DNA from: an uncultured Methanosarcinales archaeon
GTDB lineage: Archaea; Nanobdellota; Nanobdellia; Woesearchaeales; JACPBV01
Length of the DNA: 64,000 bases
Reading direction: 5' to 3'
Assembly: GCA_964618315.1 (NCBI GenBank)
Contig: CAZTWQ010000002.1
Coordinates: 22,980-86,979 of the forward strand
A program made the position numbers and the translations under genes. The notes beneath the pieces are model-generated. The model saw nothing but the letters and a program-made list of their open reading frames with translations. It did not search any database and was not told where the DNA came from. Shown here one piece after another: positions 58,427 through 64,000 of the stretch. Within the stretch, counting starts at the first letter, position 1; each line of letters opens with the position of its first letter.

Positions 58427-59779
58427 ATGTCAAGAATAATGTTCAAAAGCACAAACAAACAAGCACCATTAGTCAGTTTTAAACAAGCTTTGCTTAAGGG
58501 TCAGGCTCCTGATTATGGATTATATATGCCTACTTCCATTCCAAGATTAAGCAAAGAAGAGATTAATTCTTTTAAGAATAAGGAATATCATGAGATCGCT
58601 TTTGATGTTGCTAAAAAATTTCTACAAGAAGAGATAAGCGATGAGGAATTAAGAAGCTTATGTAAAGATGCTTATAATTTTGATGTCCCTTTGGAAAAGA
58701 TTGATGGTAATTTATACATAATGAGGTTAGACAGAGGACCTACAGCTTCTTTTAAAGATTTTGCAGCTAGGTTGATGGGAAGGCTGATGCATTATTTTGC
58801 TAAGCAGGAAGATCAGAGATTAACTGTCTTAGTTGCAACTTCAGGTGACACTGGCGGCGCAGTAGCAGATGCTTTTTACGGATTAGATAATGTCAATGTT
58901 ATTGTTTTGTTTCCAGAAAAAGAGATTTCAGAAAGACAAAGAAAACAAATGACAACATTAGGCAAGAATGTCAAGGCATATGCAGTCAAAGGAAAGTTTG
59001 ATGATTGTCAGGCCATAGTAAAAAGGGCTTTTAATGATCCTGAATTAAATAATCTAAATCTTACATCTGCAAACTCAATCAACTTCGGAAGGCTATTGCC
59101 CCAGATTGTCTATTATATATATGCTTATTCAAGATTAGGTTCTGATAAGATTACATTTGCAGTACCCTCTGGTAATTTTGGAGATCTGATGGGTGGTATC
59201 TTAGGGAGAGAGATGGGGATGCCTTTTGATAAATTTATCGTAGCTGTTAATGAGAATGATGAATTTCCTAACTTTTTAGAAAAAGGGGAGTATAAAGCAG
59301 TTGTTCCATCTAAAGAATGCAGTTCAAATGCTATGAATGTAGGACATCCTTCGAATTTAGCCAGATTAATAAACCTTTATGGTGGTTGGTTAAAAGATGA
59401 AAGAGATTCTTCTGGTAAAGTTATCAAAAAAGGTGTTTTGAAAGAAAGACCTAATATGGATAATTTAAGAAATGATTTTATCGGTTTTTCAATCAGTGAC
59501 CATGAAGTAGATGAAACAATAAAAGAAACTCAGGATAAATATAATACAATAATAGAACCACATGGAGCTGTTGGACTAGCTGCTGTCAAGAAAGCTGCAT
59601 TGCCTGGATTAATAGTTTCTCTGGAAACAGCTGATCCTGCAAAGTTTCCTGATAAGATAAATGAATTATTAGATGTAGATCCTAAAGTTCCAGATTCATT
59701 ATCTAGTTTAGATGGCAAAGAAGAAAGTTTTGAAGTTATTGAAGATAGTTATGAAGAATTTAAAAGTAAGATAGTATAA
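58427..59779 (+). CDS. thrC: threonine synthase
   Basis: PLP-Lys motif GPTASFKDFAAR and SGDTGGA loop, 450 aa. Confidence 0.85.
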   Translation: MSRIMFKSTNKQAPLVSFKQALLKGQAPDYGLYMPTSIPRLSKEEINSFKNKEYHEIAFDVAKKFLQEEISDEELRSLCKDAYNFDVPLEKIDGNLYIMRLDRGPTASFKDFAARLMGRLMHYFAKQEDQRLTVLVATSGDTGGAVADAFYGLDNVNVIVLFPEKEISERQRKQMTTLGKNVKAYAVKGKFDDCQAIVKRAFNDPELNNLNLTSANSINFGRLLPQIVYYIYAYSRLGSDKITFAVPSGNFGDLMGGILGREMGMPFDKFIVAVNENDEFPNFLEKGEYKAVVPSKECSSNAMNVGHPSNLARLINLYGGWLKDERDSSGKVIKKGVLKERPNMDNLRNDFIGFSISDHEVDETIKETQDKYNTIIEPHGAVGLAAVKKAALPGLIVSLETADPAKFPDKINELLDVDPKVPDSLSSLDGKEESFEVIEDSYEEFKSKIV

Positions 59780-59823
59780 GTTTCTAAAAACATTTATAAA
59801 TAATACAAAAAACACTCTAGCCA

Positions 59824-61032
59824 ATGAAATACATAATATTCCTAATAGATGGTTCAGCAGATCATCCTATCGAAGAACTAGACAATAAAACACCTTTGCA
59901 AGTAGCTGATAAGCCTAATATTGACAGTTTAGCTAAGAAAGGAAGATGTGGATTGTTCAAGACTATACCTGATAATTTTAGCAAAGGTTCTGCTGTAGCT
60001 AATCTCTCTGTTCTTGGTTATGACCCATTAATATGCTTCCAGGGTAGAGGTGTACTTGAAGCAGCTGCAATGGGTATTTCGTTAGATGATAATGATATTG
60101 CTTTTAGATGCAACACACTTTGTATTTCTGAAAATAAAATAAAGAGTCATTCTGCAGGGCATATAACTAATGAAGAATCTCATGAATTGATCAGAGCTTT
60201 GAATCAGCAGCTAGGAAATGCTAAGATAAAATTTTATCCAGGTGTCAGCTATAGACACTTATTAGTTTTAAAAGAAGATTATAGTTCTGAAGTTGAGTGT
60301 ATGCCCCCACATGACAACCCTGATGGGAAAGTTGTTGATCTATTGGTTAAGGCAAAATCTCCAGAAGGCGAGAAAACTGCAGCTTTGCTGAATAAGCTTA
60401 TATTTGACTCTAAACCAATCTTAGAGAAACACCCTGTCAATATTGAAAGGGTCAAAAAAGATAAAAATCCTGCAAATATGATCTGGCCCTGGTCACCTGG
60501 CAGAAAGCCACTTATGAAAAGTTTCAAAGAACTATATGGAATTAAAGGGGCTGTGATATCTGCAGTTGATCTAATCAAAGGCTTAGGTATTTATGCAGGT
60601 CTTGATGTGATTAATGTTAAGGGTGCAACTGGATTGTATGATACTAATTATGAAGGTAAGGCAGATGCTTGTATTAAATCTTTAGAAGACCATGATTTTG
60701 TATATGTTCATGTTGAAGCTGCTGATGAAGCAGGACATGAAGGTGATCTAAAGTTGAAGATAAGATGTATTGAAGACTTTGATAAACGATTACTTGGAAG
60801 AGTGTTAGAGAAACTAGGTTCTGTTAAAGACGAAGTCAGGATAGGGATATTACCTGACCACCCAACACCTGTTAAGATAAGGGCACATGTTTCTGATCCA
60901 GTTCCTTTCTTGATATATGACCCTAATGTTTCTGGAGATTCCGTTTCAGAGTTTGATGAAGCAAGCTGTAAAGATGGTTCTTTTGGATTGCTTGAGAAAG
61001 ATGGATTTATCAGAGAATTGTTTAAGAAGTGA
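59824..61032 (+). CDS. apgM: cofactor-independent phosphoglycerate mutase, archaeal type
   Basis: IFLIDGSADHP and VHVEAADEAGHEGD motifs, 402 aa. Confidence 0.85.
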   Translation: MKYIIFLIDGSADHPIEELDNKTPLQVADKPNIDSLAKKGRCGLFKTIPDNFSKGSAVANLSVLGYDPLICFQGRGVLEAAAMGISLDDNDIAFRCNTLCISENKIKSHSAGHITNEESHELIRALNQQLGNAKIKFYPGVSYRHLLVLKEDYSSEVECMPPHDNPDGKVVDLLVKAKSPEGEKTAALLNKLIFDSKPILEKHPVNIERVKKDKNPANMIWPWSPGRKPLMKSFKELYGIKGAVISAVDLIKGLGIYAGLDVINVKGATGLYDTNYEGKADACIKSLEDHDFVYVHVEAADEAGHEGDLKLKIRCIEDFDKRLLGRVLEKLGSVKDEVRIGILPDHPTPVKIRAHVSDPVPFLIYDPNVSGDSVSEFDEASCKDGSFGLLEKDGFIRELFKK

Positions 61033-61205
61033 TTAAGTTCATTTTCTAAAAAATAAGATTATACAAAAGAAAAAATTTATTTTTTTAAGTATATTGACTA
61101 TAATTTTTCTAGACTTTCAAAACCTTTATAAACTTAAAAATACTACCCAAATACAATAGCTTTTGAGTAAAAACATAAATAACAAATATCAGTGAGGGGA
61201 TAAAC

Positions 61206-61487
61206 ATGGCAGAAGACAATGCAATTTTTATTGGCGGGAAGCCGTTTATGAACTATGTGACTGCTGTTGTAATGCAGTTTACGACAAAGAACGCACCAGA
61301 AGTGATTGTAAAAGCAAGAGGGAAGTTTATTTCTAGAGCAGTGGATGTTGCAGAAGTAGCTTCAAAAAGATTTTTGACTGGGCAAGTTGCAGTTAAGAAC
61401 ATAAATATAAATTCTGAAGAGTTTCAGAACAAAGAAGGCAGAGATGTCAGGGTTTCTACAATGGAGATCCTTATAGGAAAACTTTAG
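61206..61487 (+). CDS. albA: Alba DNA/RNA-binding chromatin protein
   Basis: 93 aa with IFIGGKPFMNYV...VKARGKFISRAVDVAE, typical of Alba. Confidence 0.9.
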   Translation: MAEDNAIFIGGKPFMNYVTAVVMQFTTKNAPEVIVKARGKFISRAVDVAEVASKRFLTGQVAVKNININSEEFQNKEGRDVRVSTMEILIGKL

Positions 61488-61594
61488 TTTTTCTTTATTA
61501 TTTTTCTTTTTTATTAAACAAGTTTCTAAACTTTAAAGCGAAGCTTTAAATTTACTTAAGTTTTATATAGTAGTTTTGAATATGGTTGTTTATT

Positions 61595-61683
61595 GGGCCT
61601 ATAGCATAGCCTGGATAGTGCAATTGGCTTCGGATAGAAATAGAAGCTACCAGTTGACCGGGGTTCGAATCCTCGTAGGCCCA
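61595..61683 (+). tRNA. tRNA-Arg (anticodon UCG) with 15-nt intron after position 37
   Basis: Hand-folded cloverleaf. Acceptor GGGCCTA/TAGGCCC; D arm GCAT..GTGC; anticodon stem ATTGG/CCAGT with loop CT-TCG-G. Intron at 61634-61648; T arm CGGGG-TTCGAAT-CCTCG. A TATA-like GTTTTATATAG lies about 28 nt upstream. Confidence 0.8.
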
Positions 61684-62133
61684 GTTTATTCTCTTTCAAA
61701 GAAATGATTCATACTTAAGTTTAACAGCAGTTCCATAAGTTTGTAACAAGATTATTGCAACTAGAACTTTTATTAGGCAATAATGTTCTATTTCCAAAAT
61801 ATTTAACTAATTGTGGTGGGTAATACAATAAAAACAACAACTTGTGGTGGTAAGATTTCTGGAACAAAAAAAAGATTTATTGAATTTATCAAAAAAGAAT
61901 ATTTCAAAGAACACGAAGAATACCCATAATTCTAGATTCATTATCTTTTCTACAGCATTCTTACAATAATTATTTCCTAGATAAAAAGATAAGTTTATTT
62001 CAACTTTTGAAAAAGACCAATAAACTGGATATATCAGTTTTCTTTGGAAATGACTATGATTTGTTATCCCAAACAGTGTCCAAAAGATAATAGTCCTGTA
62101 TGTTTATAAGCTAATAAATATTCTTCTTTATTT

Positions 62134-62514
62134 ATGACAGAAGAACCAGAATCAGAAGGTTGGGAATCTGTTCCATGGCACCCTCCAAGATTTGTAAATG
62201 GGAGAGTTACAGATGATATTTGCATAGTACATATCCTATACATGATGTCTATGGTACCCCATCATAGAACTGGATCTCTCGTTAAGGGGGATGATAGAGA
62301 CCTAGACAGCACCCTAGTTGAACATAGAGATAGGTTGATTCAAGAACATGGTATTGATATGGGTCTATATGTCGAATTAGGAACAAAATTCATGTATACC
62401 TATAAGGATCAACAAGAGAAGTTTGAAGCAGGCATGAAATTATATGATATATTAACTCCCCTATACACTGGACTTCATGAATCAGGATTATCCCATACCC
62501 AAATATTCGGATAA
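62134..62514 (+). CDS. hypothetical acidic protein (atypical composition)
   Basis: 126-aa ORF about 450 bp downstream of the tRNA. No family recognised. Confidence 0.4.
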   Translation: MTEEPESEGWESVPWHPPRFVNGRVTDDICIVHILYMMSMVPHHRTGSLVKGDDRDLDSTLVEHRDRLIQEHGIDMGLYVELGTKFMYTYKDQQEKFEAGMKLYDILTPLYTGLHESGLSHTQIFG

Positions 62515-62535
62515 TCAGTTTTGGAACTTATTCCA

Positions 62536-63192
62536 TCATTTCTTCTTATCTTTTTTTACTGGTTTTACTTCTTCTGTTTCTTCAACTGATTCTTTTTTTG
62601 TTCTAAATGGTATTGTCAATACATGAAGTATCCTTAGAACAAACTCAAGTAATATTATGAATCCTAAGTAATAAATCATGGTCTTCCACATTGCTGGAAA
62701 TCCTTTTATCGTTGCTATTGATGCTTCTAATGAAAAATATCCTATATCCAGCAAGAATACACCTAATAATGCAAATGGCAGCATCTTAGCCAGATCTTTT
62801 GATAAATCTTCATTATAATATGCAGTTATCCTGATCGATGAAACTAATGCTATCGCTATAAGCAAAAGAGAACTTACATCTGATTTTGAGAGTGTTGATA
62901 ATACTAATGTGAGTATCAAAAACCAAAAAAACGTGAATAATGGAAATACTAACAGATATTCTACCATATAAAATATTACATCGACAATATTCTTGATAGT
63001 TCCCAGCAATGACTGGCTGTATTTTTGTAGGTTTAAACTAAAGATATCTCTTTTAGCTATAAATCTGTAGAACTTAAATATGAATATTGAGTATATGACA
63101 ATTCCTGCTATGAACAATATCAAAGGCTTTACTGCAGTCTGAGCTTCTGCTAATGATAGATCAAGAAAAGTTATACCACTGGCATTTATCAA
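62536..63192 (-). CDS. polytopic membrane protein with Lys/Glu-rich tail
   Basis: 218 aa, about 6 TM helices. The TTG start lies 5 nt after a strong GAGGTGAT Shine-Dalgarno site. Confidence 0.5.
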   Translation of the reverse strand: MINASGITFLDLSLAEAQTAVKPLILFIAGIVIYSIFIFKFYRFIAKRDIFSLNLQKYSQSLLGTIKNIVDVIFYMVEYLLVFPLFTFFWFLILTLVLSTLSKSDVSSLLLIAIALVSSIRITAYYNEDLSKDLAKMLPFALLGVFLLDIGYFSLEASIATIKGFPAMWKTMIYYLGFIILLEFVLRILHVLTIPFRTKKESVEETEEVKPVKKDKKK

Positions 63193-63251
63193 TCAAATCA
63201 CCTCTTTTATCTATTTATTAAGATTATAGTATAAAAAGTTTACTGATGATT

Positions 63252-63415
63252 GGGCTGCGTTGAAAATATGAATTGCCATCAATTCGTGGGCTTGATAGAT
63301 AATCACTTCAAACTGACAAGGGGGATGCCTCTTACGGGGAACGTCAGTTATCTATACTAACTTCAAGAAGCGAACCCGATGGCAACCCGAACGTAGTGAG
63401 ATTTTCAACGCAGCC
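63252..63415. repeat. ~164-nt rod-like palindromic element, copy 2
   Basis: The outer stem GGCTGCGTTGAAAAT/ATTTTCAACGCAGCC differs from copy 1 but is still complementary. The inner TTGCCATC/GATGGCAA, TATCTAT and CTGACA/TGTCAG arms are conserved. It is flanked by a CTGATGATT direct repeat. Confidence 0.7.
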
Positions 63416-63579
63416 TGATGATTAGTTTATAATACTCGTTTGTTAGAATAATAACATTAAATTAATATAATAACATTGCGTTATATAGTATATGGAATCA
63501 GACTTAGAGGATATTGCTAAATTCTTAGGTGTGATGGAAGAAATAGTAGATAAAAATATGGAGTTATGTGATAAGTAAA

Positions 63580-63993
63580 TTAGATATTATCAATAAAGAA
63601 ATCCTGGTTCTCTTTTACTCTATAATCTGGAAATGTATGCCAAAACCTTTCTACATTTTTTTCTTTGAATTCAAGCACTTTATGAGCATACACTCCGCCC
63701 CCCAAATCTTCTTTATAGTTTGTTCCTGACTTAAATGAAGCCAGAACTAATTCATCCCCATTTATATAGCCAGGATCCAAATTTATGGTTCTATTTTCGT
63801 CTTTTAAAAACTCTTTCTCTATTTCAGTTATTTTATTTTTAATCTCAATTAAATCTTTCTTTTCTATATCTTTAACAAATATCAAGAATCTTTTTACCAA
63901 CCCCTTTCCCATCTCTTTTTCATAAAAACTAGTAAACTGGTCAAAGTCATATTCATCACTTTCTGCTTTTATCTCGCCATACTCTTTTATCAA
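63580..63993 (-). CDS. DUF4416-like protein (may extend beyond window)
   Basis: YDFDQFTSFYEKEMG...INLDPGY pattern. The ORF reaches the window edge. Confidence 0.45.
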   Translation of the reverse strand: MIKEYGEIKAESDEYDFDQFTSFYEKEMGKGLVKRFLIFVKDIEKKDLIEIKNKITEIEKEFLKDENRTINLDPGYINGDELVLASFKSGTNYKEDLGGGVYAHKVLEFKEKNVERFWHTFPDYRVKENQDFFIDNI

Positions 63994-64000
63994 TATATCT

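Noticed and set aside
61812-61850. Two TTGTGGTGG repeats downstream of the tRNA, read either as a promoter motif or as a CGG...CGGK zinc-ribbon gene remnant.
   Set aside because: The reading frames are broken by stops and no start codon is present. The ACCACA-plus-TATA pattern seen at several promoters is too short to distinguish from chance.
6-63000. About 60 additional ORFs in the six-frame track lie antisense to or nested within the called genes. Examples are 6-236, 1026-1307, 3145-3516, 9509-9979, 10114-10557, 14823-15272, 29695-30099, 44204-44605 and 53455-53982.
   Set aside because: They are shadow ORFs on the opposite strand or in other frames of longer motif-bearing genes. Their sequences are low-complexity Ser/Leu/Ile/Phe-rich with no start-site signals.
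63243-63251. CUGAUGA next to the palindromic element, which could be a hammerhead-ribozyme core or a C-box of a C/D sRNA.
   Set aside because: No helix II hairpin, correctly placed GAAA or cleavage triplet could be drawn. Copy 1 lacks the motif entirely. It is better explained as a flanking direct repeat.

Overview
This 64-kb window is AT-rich archaeal chromosomal DNA. Archaeal markers are an Alba protein, a tRNA-Arg(UCG) with a canonical 37/38 intron, archaeal-type phosphoglycerate mutase, a TrmB-like regulator, TATA/BRE-type promoters, and Shine-Dalgarno-led genes. All family calls come from motifs read by eye in the supplied translations; no similarity search was possible. The core is about 32% GC by hand sampling and encodes Lys/Ile/Asn-rich proteins. 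It carries aspartate-family genes (lysC, hom, asd, thrC) and a complete arginine pathway split into three transcription units (argF-argJ-argB; argD-argC-argG-flavodoxin-like; argH). It also carries argS, an arginase/agmatinase-family ureohydrolase, purA, ribD-ribB, a RimB-RimK pair, a CorC/CNNM transporter and an RND exporter with an S-layer-like partner. The core also holds two Fic paralogues and two small toxin-antitoxin-like pairs. The main finding is that this core is interrupted at nine or more places by gene blocks with a different composition: about 41% GC, encoding Lys-poor, Arg/Ala/Asp/Glu-rich proteins. The largest block (14.8-25.5 kb) is a Shine-Dalgarno-coupled sugar operon. It holds a class I-like and a class II xylose isomerase in tandem, two unknown ~390-aa proteins, an FGGY xylulokinase-like kinase and a PfkB kinase, followed by a Hanks-type Ser/Thr kinase. 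Other blocks encode a mannitol-1-P dehydrogenase-like enzyme, a possible TIM-barrel isomerase, a HAD phosphatase, a radical-SAM-like protein, a multi-wHTH protein, a 596-aa protein with a GNAT-like tail, and several orphans. Two cassettes of about 0.7 kb are bracketed by duplications of the 3' end of the upstream gene. One duplication is a perfect 118-bp repeat; the other is about 45 bp and differs only at synonymous sites. This suggests a recurrent gene-3'-end-directed insertion process with no recombinase gene in view. Other observations are a conserved ~58-bp operator+TATA module upstream of all three arg units and a ~163-nt rod-like palindromic element present twice, with compensatory outer-stem changes and 8-9-bp flanking direct repeats. 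There is also a ~215-nt hairpin-dense non-coding region next to a 5'-truncated Bro-N/DinD-like gene remnant. No rRNA, CRISPR array, transposase or integrase was found.
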